This document shows positions 33,449 to 43,117 of a stretch of 51,689 nucleotides of DNA, one piece after another. A model generated the notes under the pieces. It had not been told where the DNA came from and ran no database searches. It saw only the letters and a list, made by a program, of their open reading frames with translations. This stretch comes from Klebsiella phage LAPAZ. A program made the translations under genes and the position numbers. The stretch lies in sequence record PP706156.1; one strand, 5' to 3'. Position 1 is the stretch's first letter. Each line of letters opens with the position of its first letter.

Positions 33449-33492
33449 AATAGCACTTTTTGCCTTGCACCCGGAATCGTGATGCGTATACT
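33449..33492 (+). promoter_or_regulatory. Promoter cassette variant (box AATAGCACTTTTTGCCTTGCAC, -10 TATACT) for the exonuclease-ERF-SSB operon
   Basis: Box conserved. Spacing to the -10 is 21-22 nt. Confidence 0.45.
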
Positions 33493-33525
33493 TAACGCAA
33501 CGAAACCACAATAGGAGCAATATCA

Positions 33526-34572
33526 ATGGCTGAAGCAATTTTTAAGGCATACACCAACGCGGAATTATCCAACGATGATTACCACGATCCTAACTCCTGG
33601 TGCGCCAGATACGTTAGCGGCTCAAGCCTCGGTGAGATTTACGCAACCTCCCCGGCCCACTGGAAATACAAGGAGCGAGAAGAAACAGCCGCGCTTTCAT
33701 TCGGCACTTGCTCCCATACCTGCATGCTTGAGACGTCCAAATTTAATGGCGAGTACCTGCGAGCGACCGCGCCGGGCGACGTTAAGGATCTGATTACTTC
33801 GAAATCGGCATTGTCTGCGAAATTGAAAGCGTGTGGCCTGATTGGGACGTCCAACAAGGACTACCCCGAATTGCTGGAAATGGCATACCGCGCCGGGATT
33901 GATGTTAACGTGTGGTGGGCGATCGAACTCTGCGACGAAAGCGCCGCCATCAACTCAGGCCGGAAGCTGGTCAAGGATTCTGATTTCGATGCGGTCGTGC
34001 AAATGCGAAACGTGATGCTGGCTAACCCACGGCACGCGGCGTGCATTGAATCGGATACAGCGCAACGCGAGTTGTCAATCTTCGGCGAAATTTTCGGCGT
34101 CCCGGTAAAGGTTCGGCTCGATCATGTTGACGTCGTGTCGGATCCCGAACTCATCAAAGAGTGGGGGTTTAACCCGGATGAAGTTTTCGAAGTGGTGGTG
34201 ATTACCGACTACAAAACTACTCAGACCTCTAAACCGGATGACTTCGGGCGGCTGGCGTTCAACTTGGGCTACTATCTCAAAATGGCATTGCAGCGCGATC
34301 TGTTCGTTAAGACGTACAACGAAAAACGCCCGGTTGTTGTCCGCCTGCTGACGCAGGAGAAAAAATCACCGTTCGCGCCTCTCGCGTTCACGTTAACGGA
34401 TCAGCAGATTGAGATCGGGCGGAAGCAGTATCAAAGCGTGATTCACCAGTACGCCGAATGCGTCAAGCATGACGTTTGGCCGTCATACGAATCGAACGCA
34501 GCGGAAGTGAAGTTGCCCACGCCGCAATTCGTGAAATACATGTTCCCGGAAGTATACGGCACAAATAGCTAA
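33526..34572 (+). CDS. RecE/YqaJ-like 5'-3' exonuclease (PD-(D/E)xK), 348 aa
   Basis: LDHVD … EVVVITDYKTT nuclease motifs. Position directly upstream of the ERF recombinase. SD AGGAG. Confidence 0.6.
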   Translation: MAEAIFKAYTNAELSNDDYHDPNSWCARYVSGSSLGEIYATSPAHWKYKEREETAALSFGTCSHTCMLETSKFNGEYLRATAPGDVKDLITSKSALSAKLKACGLIGTSNKDYPELLEMAYRAGIDVNVWWAIELCDESAAINSGRKLVKDSDFDAVVQMRNVMLANPRHAACIESDTAQRELSIFGEIFGVPVKVRLDHVDVVSDPELIKEWGFNPDEVFEVVVITDYKTTQTSKPDDFGRLAFNLGYYLKMALQRDLFVKTYNEKRPVVVRLLTQEKKSPFAPLAFTLTDQQIEIGRKQYQSVIHQYAECVKHDVWPSYESNAAEVKLPTPQFVKYMFPEVYGTNS

Positions 34573-34631
34573 ACACTACGGCGCACTTGTGATATAGTGC
34601 GCTCCACCAATCAGGAAAAGGAAAGTTTGTC

Positions 34632-35288
34632 ATGCGTACATCTGAAAGTTTCAAAGAGATCGCCGTTGCGTTAATCAAAGCGAAGTCTGGCTTCGTCGCC
34701 GCGAAGAAAAGCGGGAAGAATAGCCACCTGGGGAACACCTACGCCAATCTCGGCGATATCCTGGACGCCATCGGGCCATCGCTGGAAAAGAACAAAATTA
34801 TGGTCATTCAATCAATGATGGATACCAGCACCGACAAGGTTATGCACCTTGAAACGATGTTCCTGCACGAATCTGGCGAGTGGATGGCGTTTCAGTTCAA
34901 TATGCCGATCAGCAAAACCGTTGAGCAAGCGTATGGTTCGACAACCTCATACGCTCGCCGTTATGCGTTAGCCGCCGCGCTGGGCATCAAGCAGGCCGAC
35001 GATGACGCAGAGATCGCGAAGATGAAGCCGCAAGACTTCAAAAAACGCATTGATGCGTGCGAAGACCTCGAATCTCTCCGCGAGATTTACAAGCTGGCTA
35101 AACAGACGTTGACGCCTGCGGAATGGAAGGTGACGGAAGACGATATCACGAAGCGCCAGGCGCAACTAAAAGTGACGCCAGCGAACGGATTTAACCCCGG
35201 CAAGCCGCAAGAGGTTGCGAAACGTGATCCGGAACAGGTAGAATCAAAGCCTGAACCTGAAGCACAAGATATCTCATCTTTCAACTAA
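34632..35288 (+). CDS. erf: ERF-family single-strand annealing protein, 218 aa
   Basis: Hallmark STTSYARRYAL motif. Adjacent to SSB. Confidence 0.8.
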   Translation: MRTSESFKEIAVALIKAKSGFVAAKKSGKNSHLGNTYANLGDILDAIGPSLEKNKIMVIQSMMDTSTDKVMHLETMFLHESGEWMAFQFNMPISKTVEQAYGSTTSYARRYALAAALGIKQADDDAEIAKMKPQDFKKRIDACEDLESLREIYKLAKQTLTPAEWKVTEDDITKRQAQLKVTPANGFNPGKPQEVAKRDPEQVESKPEPEAQDISSFN

Positions 35289-35324
35289 TTTAACCGGGCG
35301 GGAAACCGCCCCATAGGAATAAAA

Positions 35325-35786
35325 ATGCATGTTGTAACAGGGGTAATCCGAAAAGCGCCTTACGTCAAAGAGGGCAGCAACAATAACGGGCCGTGGAAGA
35401 TGTACGCGGTCGACCTGTCGGAGCGAATGAAGATCCGCAATCGCGACGGCCAGGACGAAACTGTATACACCAACTATCGCGCCGTCTTCTTCGCGAAGGA
35501 AAGCATGATTGCGTGGTACGATGAAGCGTTACAGGTGGACAAGGTTATTAGCGTAACCTGCCGGACACTTCAGATCGTAAACCGCGAGCACAACGGCGCA
35601 ACTTACAGCCACAATGAAATGATTATGCCGCAACTGGAATTCAGCCAGCGCGAACCAACGCAGGGCGGCGGTAATCAGCAGGGTGGGTGGGGCCAGCCTC
35701 AGCAACCGAAGCCGCAACAACAACCGAAGCCGCAAAGCGGTGGTGGCAATCAGGGCATGGATTTCGATGATGATATCCCGTTCTGA
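35325..35786 (+). CDS. ssb: Single-stranded DNA-binding protein, 153 aa
   Basis: OB-fold N-terminus, Gly/Gln-rich linker and the canonical acidic C-terminal tail DFDDDIPF. Confidence 0.85.
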   Translation: MHVVTGVIRKAPYVKEGSNNNGPWKMYAVDLSERMKIRNRDGQDETVYTNYRAVFFAKESMIAWYDEALQVDKVISVTCRTLQIVNREHNGATYSHNEMIMPQLEFSQREPTQGGGNQQGGWGQPQQPKPQQQPKPQSGGGNQGMDFDDDIPF

Positions 35787-35797
35787 TTTGACAACTA

Positions 35798-35826
35798 AAG
35801 GGGCCGCAAGGCTCCTTTTTTTATTT
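35798..35826 (+). terminator. Terminator after ssb
   Basis: GGGGCCGCAAGGCTCC followed by T7. A -10 TATTAT and a family-type leader follow immediately. Confidence 0.65.
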
Positions 35827-35878
35827 CTTCATTGATGCTATTATCTGCGTTACTCAACCAACCAAAAGAGGTCTTAAA

Positions 35879-38557
35879 ATGGCACTATACAGACAAGGCA
35901 AAGCCGCGATGGACGCAAACGGCGTTATCACCGGGACTGGCACGAAGTGGCAATCAGCCTTATCGCTCATTCGCCCAGGCTCAACAATCATGTTTTTATC
36001 GTCGCCGATTCAGATGGCGGTGATTAACAAGGTTGTCAGTGATACGCAAATTAACGCCATCACCACAAACGGCGCTGTCGTAGCGTCTACTGACTACGCG
36101 ATCCTGTTAAGCGACTCTCTGACCGTTGACGGACTGGCGCAAGATGTTGCTGAAACTTTGCGCTACTACCAGTCGCAAGAAACCGTAATTGCGGAGGCGG
36201 TCGAGTTCTTTAAGGATTTTGATTTCGAAGCGCTTCAAAATCTTGCTAATCAGGTGAAAGCAGACTCTGAAGCTGCGGACGCAAGCGCTTCGGCGGCGGC
36301 TGCGTCAGAAGGGGCGGCGAAAACTTCAGAAACTAACTCTAAGGCATCGGAGCAAGCGGCGCTAACAGCACGACAACAAGCCGGGTCGGCAAGGGATCAG
36401 ACTCAAGATCTTTATAACCAGACTGTCGATCTTGTGGCTGGAGTTCAAGCGCCGGATAAAATCAGCAATATTGCTGGCGGTGCTAAATCATGGATGAAGA
36501 TCGCCAACATTAAAAGCGCCGGGCAATCTTATTGCTTCGTGCAATTTATTGTCGGCGGCGGGGCTGGCTTTGGAGCGGCTAACGTTCCGGTTGATATCTT
36601 CTCCTTGTCAGGAAGGGGGCTTCCGGCTACGCTAACCAGCGACAATATTGATATCAATTTCACGCAGCGCTCGTTGATTAGCGCCAGGCCTGGATCTCAG
36701 CGCTTGGGTTTGGGAGTAGTGAAAAATTCGGATGGTTCATGTGATGTTTATTTGTACGCTCCCGCTGGTTACATTCCTAACCTATGGTTGAATCGCTTAA
36801 ACGTCCAGGCCAACAACGGATTGATTACGGGGCCAATCATCGATCGCACTGGCTATGTGTGGATTACGACGGAACCAGCGGGTATTGTATACAATTCACC
36901 CGCTGATTACCTGGCGTCTAATGATAATACGGTTGCCCGCACCAACGTAGCTAACACGTTCAGCCAGCCGCAAGCGATCTCCGTCCCTGGTGGTAACGCT
37001 ACGCTAACCCTGAACGGTGCCGTAGTTCGGGCCAATAACAACAACGCGATCGTTTACTCCATCCCTGAAGACGGTCAAGGCATGTACTTCCGCCCGAATG
37101 GCGATATGAACAGCGCGAAGCAGGTTGTTTTTGATGCGGCAAACTTTACCGTTACCGGGTTAAATGCCACTTTCAGCTATGCAGTTACGATGTTAAGCAC
37201 GCTCCGCGTCAATGGTGCATCCAACCTTCGCGGCGGTGTTGATGTTACCGCTTCGCAGAAATTGCCACTGAAGGAGACGACCGCGACAACCGGAGTTGGC
37301 GTTAACTTTATCGGCGACAACGCAACGGAATGCTCTTTCGGGATTGAGAATACGGCTGGCGGATCTGCTGTATTCCATAACTATGCGCGAGGGGCGTCCA
37401 ATAGCGTAACTAAGAACAATCAGCTTTTAGGTGGTTATGGTTCTCGCCCGTGGTTAGGATCTGACTACACGGAGCACAGTAACGCGGCCTTGCATTTCCT
37501 TGGCGCTGGCGATACATCTGGAACCAATCACGGCGGCTGGATTCGCTTGCTTGTAACCCCTAAAGGTAAGACGATTAGCGATAGGGTTCCGGCGTTCAGG
37601 CTGTCGGATAATGGCGATCTTTGGCTGGTTCCAGACGGCGCTATGCACCCGGATCTTGGGCTTGTGCGTAGCTTTGAGACGTTGAACGCAGTCGTTCCGG
37701 CGTTTAATGCTCCGACTAACCAGGATGGGCGAGGGTTGAAAATTGTTGGTTCTCCAGCGCCAGAAATTAACATGATCGCGCCGCGTGGCTCTAACACATC
37801 GTCGCCAGCGATTCGCGCTATGTGGTGCGATGGAAGTCTGTCCGATGAAACTAGATATATTGGCGCTGTGCAAAACGGTTCGACTTTCTATTTCGGTGCG
37901 TCTGGTCATGATGGCGAGAAGTTCGACTCAATGCGTGGTAGCGTGACAATCAAGGCAAATGCGGGCTGGGGTAAAACTTCAACTCCAACACAGGTTGTGT
38001 TTGAGACTTGTGAATCTGGAACTATTACTCGCATGCCGCGATGGGGGGTTGACCATAACGGAACGTTAATGCCGATGGCGGATAACAAATACAACTTAGG
38101 TTGGGGATCTGGCCGGGCAATGAACATTTACGCCGTAAACGGAACTATCAACACCTCCGATGCACGGTTGAAAAATGATGTTCGAACCATGAGCGATCCT
38201 GAAACCGAAGCGGCGAAGGAAATTGCGAAGGAGATCGGTTTTTGGACGTGGAAGGAGCAAGCGGATATGAACGACGTCCGCGAGCACTGCGGTTTAACGG
38301 TTCAGCGCGCAATGGAGATTATGGAAAGTCACGGATTAAAACCGTTTGATTATGCTTTTATCTGTTACGATAAATGGGAAGAAACAACCGTTGTTGACAG
38401 CTACGGGCCAGCAAATGAAGACGGAACAGAAAACCCGATCTACAAAACAATCCCGGCTGGCGATCGATATTCGTTCCGACTCGACGAACTTAACATGTTT
38501 ATCGCGAAGGGGTTCGAAGCGCGTCTTTCAGCAATTGAGGAGAAGTTAGGTATGTAA
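35879..38557 (+). CDS. Lateral tail fibre with C-terminal S74 intramolecular-chaperone (autoproteolytic) domain, 892 aa
   Basis: The C-terminal ~130 aa (…[35 protein letters not shown]…) match the endosialidase-chaperone/T5 pb1-type domain. Followed by a strong bidirectional terminator. Confidence 0.7.
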   Translation: MALYRQGKAAMDANGVITGTGTKWQSALSLIRPGSTIMFLSSPIQMAVINKVVSDTQINAITTNGAVVASTDYAILLSDSLTVDGLAQDVAETLRYYQSQETVIAEAVEFFKDFDFEALQNLANQVKADSEAADASASAAAASEGAAKTSETNSKASEQAALTARQQAGSARDQTQDLYNQTVDLVAGVQAPDKISNIAGGAKSWMKIANIKSAGQSYCFVQFIVGGGAGFGAANVPVDIFSLSGRGLPATLTSDNIDINFTQRSLISARPGSQRLGLGVVKNSDGSCDVYLYAPAGYIPNLWLNRLNVQANNGLITGPIIDRTGYVWITTEPAGIVYNSPADYLASNDNTVARTNVANTFSQPQAISVPGGNATLTLNGAVVRANNNNAIVYSIPEDGQGMYFRPNGDMNSAKQVVFDAANFTVTGLNATFSYAVTMLSTLRVNGASNLRGGVDVTASQKLPLKETTATTGVGVNFIGDNATECSFGIENTAGGSAVFHNYARGASNSVTKNNQLLGGYGSRPWLGSDYTEHSNAALHFLGAGDTSGTNHGGWIRLLVTPKGKTISDRVPAFRLSDNGDLWLVPDGAMHPDLGLVRSFETLNAVVPAFNAPTNQDGRGLKIVGSPAPEINMIAPRGSNTSSPAIRAMWCDGSLSDETRYIGAVQNGSTFYFGASGHDGEKFDSMRGSVTIKANAGWGKTSTPTQVVFETCESGTITRMPRWGVDHNGTLMPMADNKYNLGWGSGRAMNIYAVNGTINTSDARLKNDVRTMSDPETEAAKEIAKEIGFWTWKEQADMNDVREHCGLTVQRAMEIMESHGLKPFDYAFICYDKWEETTVVDSYGPANEDGTENPIYKTIPAGDRYSFRLDELNMFIAKGFEARLSAIEEKLGM

Positions 38558-38588
38558 AAAAAGGGGCCGAATGGCCCCTTTATTTTTA
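38556..38588. terminator. Bidirectional terminator between the tail fibre gene and the convergent RBP genes
   Basis: AAAAAAGGGGCCGAATGGCCCCTTTATTTTT. Confidence 0.8.
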
Positions 38589-39245
38589 GTCGTATCTTGA
38601 ACAATCAATAGCAATGCAGGTGTTTTTCATATCGACGTAGGTGAGGTCGCTAGCTGTCCCTCCAGGAGCCTGCGTTAGATATGCGGTAAGTTGCGTACTT
38701 GAGCCGTTAAAAAATGCCGCTGCGCCATAGTCTCCCTGGAATGGTCTTGGGTACGGATCACGAATAACACCAACGATCGCGCCTAACTGAACGGGACTAA
38801 CCGCCCACTTCCCGCCGTTAGTGACGTTTAGATTAAATCCAGTCCCGTAGGTCTGTACGTCTGAAAGCGTCCTGGTCTCATTGGTCAAAATCAGCGTGCC
38901 GTTTTCATCCCAAATTGCAAGGCCATACCCAGGATTTGATTGCGGGAACACGGAGAAAAAATAAACCTCCGCATATACTCCTTGTGAACCAGCGGAAAAA
39001 ACAACGCTGCAAGTGTTTCCGTCGTACTTGATTTTTGTGAAAGCACCTCTTGGTGATGAGCTATGAAAGACCACGAACGGAACGCATGGGTGATTCGTGT
39101 CGTAAGTAACCGACCTTACTTCATCGGAATTAGTCCCGCCCTTTAGGGTAATGCTTTGCTTTGATAGCAGTGCCAGTGGGATGCTTTGAGGAGAAACCCA
39201 AACATTGCCGCTATCGTTGGTAAGTAAAATTCCGTAATCTGCCAT
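38586..39245 (-). CDS. Putative receptor-binding / tail-tip accessory protein (219 aa)
   Basis: Second gene downstream of the gpJ homologue, the usual RBP locus position in T1-like phages. No signal peptide. Confidence 0.35.
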   Translation of the reverse strand: MADYGILLTNDSGNVWVSPQSIPLALLSKQSITLKGGTNSDEVRSVTYDTNHPCVPFVVFHSSSPRGAFTKIKYDGNTCSVVFSAGSQGVYAEVYFFSVFPQSNPGYGLAIWDENGTLILTNETRTLSDVQTYGTGFNLNVTNGGKWAVSPVQLGAIVGVIRDPYPRPFQGDYGAAAFFNGSSTQLTAYLTQAPGGTASDLTYVDMKNTCIAIDCSRYD

Positions 39246-39250
39246 AATCT

Positions 39251-39559
39251 TTAACTCATAATTTGAACAACAATAAAGCCCTGCGTAGCCGGATAAACTC
39301 CTGATTCGAGCACATCATCTGGCGCGTCAGAAACAACGATCTGATTACCACTAACTGTAATTCTCCTCTTTGATGTGCCGTACTGGTCTTGATTTGCCAC
39401 CCAAAAGAAACTAAGCCTCAAGCCAGGCGGGACGTTGTAAGACCATGCTCCGCTTTTCTGGCCTTGCGCTAACGCAATATATCCAGCAACCGAAACAGGG
39501 ACGATACCATAGTTGTTGGGGTTTCCGTTCGCATCCCAAGATTGAAAACCGTAAGCCAT
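39251..39559 (-). CDS. Putative tail-tip accessory / RBP-associated protein (102 aa)
   Basis: Immediately downstream of the gpJ homologue. SD GGAGG. Confidence 0.35.
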   Translation of the reverse strand: MAYGFQSWDANGNPNNYGIVPVSVAGYIALAQGQKSGAWSYNVPPGLRLSFFWVANQDQYGTSKRRITVSGNQIVVSDAPDDVLESGVYPATQGFIVVQIMS

Positions 39560-39604
39560 AAAATACCTCCATTGGTTAAGCCGGGATTTCTCCCGGCGTT
39601 AATT

Positions 39605-42600
39605 TTACCACGTTCCAGTGATTCGACCCAACTGACAACGGACACGGTTGTTACCATCTCGAACCGTAATATTCTGGTTCGTTTGCTTGATGGAGCCTTC
39701 GCCAGAGGTTGAACCATAGTTGACAAAGACGCCATTTTTATTAAGCTGCCAGCCAGCAACGTTCTCTTGAAAGTTGTTGGACTGAATGACGTTACCGATC
39801 TTCGCGTTAGTGATCGATCCATCCTGAATCAGCGCGTTATTCATGAACACCTGATCATTCTGCACAACAAACGGAAGCGTGTAAGCGCCGGATGCCGCAT
39901 TGCGGATAATAGCAAATCTATCGGCAATAAACAGCACTTGTGAAACAACGTTGCTTCCCTGCGCGGTAAGCTGTAACGCCATCCCTGAATTGTATTCCTG
40001 TCCGTTGTACGTTAGCCCTAACTTCATTGTGTACATGGAACCTACGCCATCAACATTGGCCCACGAATCCAGCTTTTGCGCCAGCGCTGCGGAGTTCTCG
40101 CCGATTTTGGCATCTAACGCCGCCTCGGACGTTGCACGCGCTTCACTTTCGTTTGCGATCGCCTCGTTAACCTGCGTAAACCCTGCTTCCATATCCTCCC
40201 CAAATTGTGTTTGCAACTGGTTAATTTGGGTTGCTCGCGTTTCGCTTTCATCTGCCAGCGCTTCGTTCAGGATCGTAATCTGCGACGTGATATCCTCATC
40301 AATCTGCGTTTTAAGCTGTGTGATCTCAGCCGCCCTCGCTTCAGTCTCGTTAGCGATCAGCACGGTGGTATGCGAGATTTCCGCCTTCCGCTTGCCATTT
40401 TCCTTGCGCATAACCCTGACGTCTGCATCGTTGGCTAACGCGTTCTGAATGATGCTGTTCGCGTAGTCGTTGAGTTTAGACGCGCTGTCCTGTGCGCTCT
40501 CCTGCAATTCCTTCATGGCGTCGCTATCCAGAATTTCATCCAGGATCTGATCTGTGATAATGCTAACGTCAGTCGATGACATACCGCGAGCGTAATCAGT
40601 CCAAGGTGAAACGTTGCCGATCCGGTCTACGCTTCTGGCTTTGTAGAAGTTCACGTAGCCAGCGGGCAAAATTGAGTGCCAGTATTCAGCCGCCGGATAA
40701 GGAATCAGAGTAAGCAGGCTTGCATCCTGATCGGTTCCGCTTTGCGACTGGTAAAGCTCAATGTATGCCGTATCCTCTGCACCTTCAGGCATGGCCCACT
40801 TAACGCGAATCCCAAAGATTTCATTATCCGACGCGAAAAGGTTAATTGGCCCTTTCGGCGCTCCAATTTTCCCGGTCAGCGATGCACTAGCCAAAGCAGA
40901 CCACGGAGACGCGATATTGCCGCCGCTAATGCACCTTACGCGCGCCTGGTATTCGCCAGCATAAATCCCTTCAATGTCAACCTGCGTTGTCGCTGTGCGC
41001 GGCACGTTGTTCCAGTTTCCGCCATCCTTACGCCATTGCACCTCGTAAAGTTTTGCGTACTGCACGGCAGACCAGCCGATTACCATCGTCTCGACGCTCA
41101 TCCCCTGCACAATGCGTGAGAATGAACTAATCGACACGTTTTCCGGCGCTCCCATTGAATCCGGGTCAACAACCGACGTTGGGCGGTCGTCAGTGATTAC
41201 GCCGTTGTCGATCGCGTCGTACTTGTTCGGGTTGTATTGGGTGGCTGTGATGGCGAAAGTAAATTCGTCGTCATCGCTCCCCTTCTCAATCCTGGTAACA
41301 ACGTACTGTTCAGCCGCCAGTTGGTCACTTTCGATCAGGAATACGCTGTCCGGCGCAACGTCGAAGTTATATCCCACGTTTAGCGTCAGGGTTTTTCCGT
41401 CTGCTGATACGCTGGCAATGGTTCGGCGTAATGGCTTGCCGTCGTCAGTGTTCAGAATCAGCGTATCGCCCGCCTTCGCGTCGCAGCGGAAAGCCAGGAA
41501 AACCTGCGTTCCCGTTACTTCCATGATTCGCCCCGAAAGCACCAGGTTAAAGGCCGATTGCCAGTGCGGATCTGCAACGTAAATCACATCGCCGCATGAC
41601 GGGATCATGCCTTCCAGGCCAGTAGAAAACGAAACGGTGGTTGCGCTTAGGTTCGTTTGCAGAATCCAGCGCCCACGGCGGTTTGCTTCTGTCCGTCTGG
41701 TGCAACCGATCGCCGTGATGCTTGTCGGGTTGTGACCAAACCGCATTGCAGCGTCAGCGTTGAATACTGGTTCAACGTCCTGTTCGTACTGGTTCTCTTC
41801 GTCGTCGAACATCACGTTGCACGACGTGTACATCGTTTTTTCGCTCGGAAAAGTTCGCACGAATACGCCATCAACGACGTTATCAGCAGTGAACAGGTAA
41901 ACCGGATCGCGTGGCTTATCGACGATAATCGAAAGGCTTTCCCCATTGTAGAACGTCATTCCACGGAATGCGGAACAAACATCCCTGACCAACTGGAAGG
42001 CTTCGACCTGCGACTGCACGACCATATCCATCAGGTAACGCGGTTCCATCCCGCCGCGATTGTCCGGCACAAGCTCATCACAGTATTGCGACACCTCATA
42101 GAGCGACCACTTGTCGACCGGGATCCCTAACTCGCGCTGGTCTAACCCATAACGCTGATTCATGATCAGGTCGTAAAGAACCCAGGCCGGGTTGTTGCTC
42201 CACGCCCATTTGAAAGTTCCGTCCCACGTCCCGGCATACGTCCTGTTAACAGGGTCGTAGTTACTCGGAACCTGGACAATCTTCCACTTCTTCTTGAGCG
42301 AGATTGTCGGGATCTGGTTCTGGAACAGATCGCTATCAAACTCGACGTAAAGCATTGCCGTCAGCGGATAGCGGAATTTTGCATCGATCACCTCAGCATA
42401 GGACTGAACCTGGAAGGCATCGACTACCTTCACCCCGTCAGCGTCCGGCGTAATTCGGCTTACGCGGATAAGAACCTGCGACGTGAAGTCTTGCGGCAAG
42501 TTGACGCGGATGCTGCGATCGTAACCGCCAGTCGTGTTTTTCCCGTCGATTTTGTCGGTCAAGTAGGTTTGATAACTCGCACCGTCAACCGCCATTTCGA

Positions 42601-43030
42601 TCTTGTACTCAACGACCGAACCTACCATATCGCCATTATCTTTTTGCGTCAGCACGCGGGGCCATAACAGGCGGAAGCGGATAGCAGAAAGATTCTTGTT
42701 CGATACCGTCAGCGTGTACGGCGTGTTAAAGGTAACGTCGCGTGCAACCTGGAATTCAGCGCTTGATTCACTGAAGCCCTGGATGTAACTCTGCGTTTGC
42801 GTGCCGGGGCGAAATTCTGCAATAACTCCCTCATAGTTATAGCTCCCGTCTTCGTTCTGAACCGGAACGCCGCCGAAATGCAACTGCTTCAGGCTGAAGT
42901 CATCCACTACTTCACCGTCAGAAACGGCCAGCAATAACTTGATCTTGTCTTTCGAGATCAGGTTATCAGGCATTTCTACCGGGGTGCGCGGCTGGCTGGA
43001 ACCGCCCTTGCGGGCCTTGATATTAGTCAT
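39605..43030 (-). CDS. Central tail fibre / host-specificity protein (lambda gpJ-like), 1141 aa
   Basis: Size, position after the gpI-like gene, and fibronectin-III-like repeats. SD CAGGAGG. Confidence 0.8.
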   Translation of the reverse strand: MTNIKARKGGSSQPRTPVEMPDNLISKDKIKLLLAVSDGEVVDDFSLKQLHFGGVPVQNEDGSYNYEGVIAEFRPGTQTQSYIQGFSESSAEFQVARDVTFNTPYTLTVSNKNLSAIRFRLLWPRVLTQKDNGDMVGSVVEYKIEMAVDGASYQTYLTDKIDGKNTTGGYDRSIRVNLPQDFTSQVLIRVSRITPDADGVKVVDAFQVQSYAEVIDAKFRYPLTAMLYVEFDSDLFQNQIPTISLKKKWKIVQVPSNYDPVNRTYAGTWDGTFKWAWSNNPAWVLYDLIMNQRYGLDQRELGIPVDKWSLYEVSQYCDELVPDNRGGMEPRYLMDMVVQSQVEAFQLVRDVCSAFRGMTFYNGESLSIIVDKPRDPVYLFTADNVVDGVFVRTFPSEKTMYTSCNVMFDDEENQYEQDVEPVFNADAAMRFGHNPTSITAIGCTRRTEANRRGRWILQTNLSATTVSFSTGLEGMIPSCGDVIYVADPHWQSAFNLVLSGRIMEVTGTQVFLAFRCDAKAGDTLILNTDDGKPLRRTIASVSADGKTLTLNVGYNFDVAPDSVFLIESDQLAAEQYVVTRIEKGSDDDEFTFAITATQYNPNKYDAIDNGVITDDRPTSVVDPDSMGAPENVSISSFSRIVQGMSVETMVIGWSAVQYAKLYEVQWRKDGGNWNNVPRTATTQVDIEGIYAGEYQARVRCISGGNIASPWSALASASLTGKIGAPKGPINLFASDNEIFGIRVKWAMPEGAEDTAYIELYQSQSGTDQDASLLTLIPYPAAEYWHSILPAGYVNFYKARSVDRIGNVSPWTDYARGMSSTDVSIITDQILDEILDSDAMKELQESAQDSASKLNDYANSIIQNALANDADVRVMRKENGKRKAEISHTTVLIANETEARAAEITQLKTQIDEDITSQITILNEALADESETRATQINQLQTQFGEDMEAGFTQVNEAIANESEARATSEAALDAKIGENSAALAQKLDSWANVDGVGSMYTMKLGLTYNGQEYNSGMALQLTAQGSNVVSQVLFIADRFAIIRNAASGAYTLPFVVQNDQVFMNNALIQDGSITNAKIGNVIQSNNFQENVAGWQLNKNGVFVNYGSTSGEGSIKQTNQNITVRDGNNRVRCQLGRITGTW

Positions 43031-43117
43031 CGTTTAGCCTCCTGTTAATAGTTTTGCAATTGTACACGACAAAAAGCCCGGAGGCTATGCCCCCAGGCTA
43101 AAAAGCGAATCGCTTAA

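Noticed and set aside
10285-33492. Regularly recurring ~20-bp repeats could suggest a CRISPR array
   Set aside because: The repeats are 0.3-6 kb apart, sit upstream of individual genes in both orientations, and each is followed by a -10 and a ribosome-binding site. This is promoter architecture, not repeat-spacer structure.
39573-39596. GCCGGGAGAAATCCCGGC hairpin shares 12 nt with the AT-rich-repeat flank CCGGGAGAAATCTTACC
   Set aside because: It is a single occurrence lacking the GTAAGAT half-site and AT-rich core. It is probably coincidental or an attenuator hairpin. Noted in case it marks a third, degenerate site.
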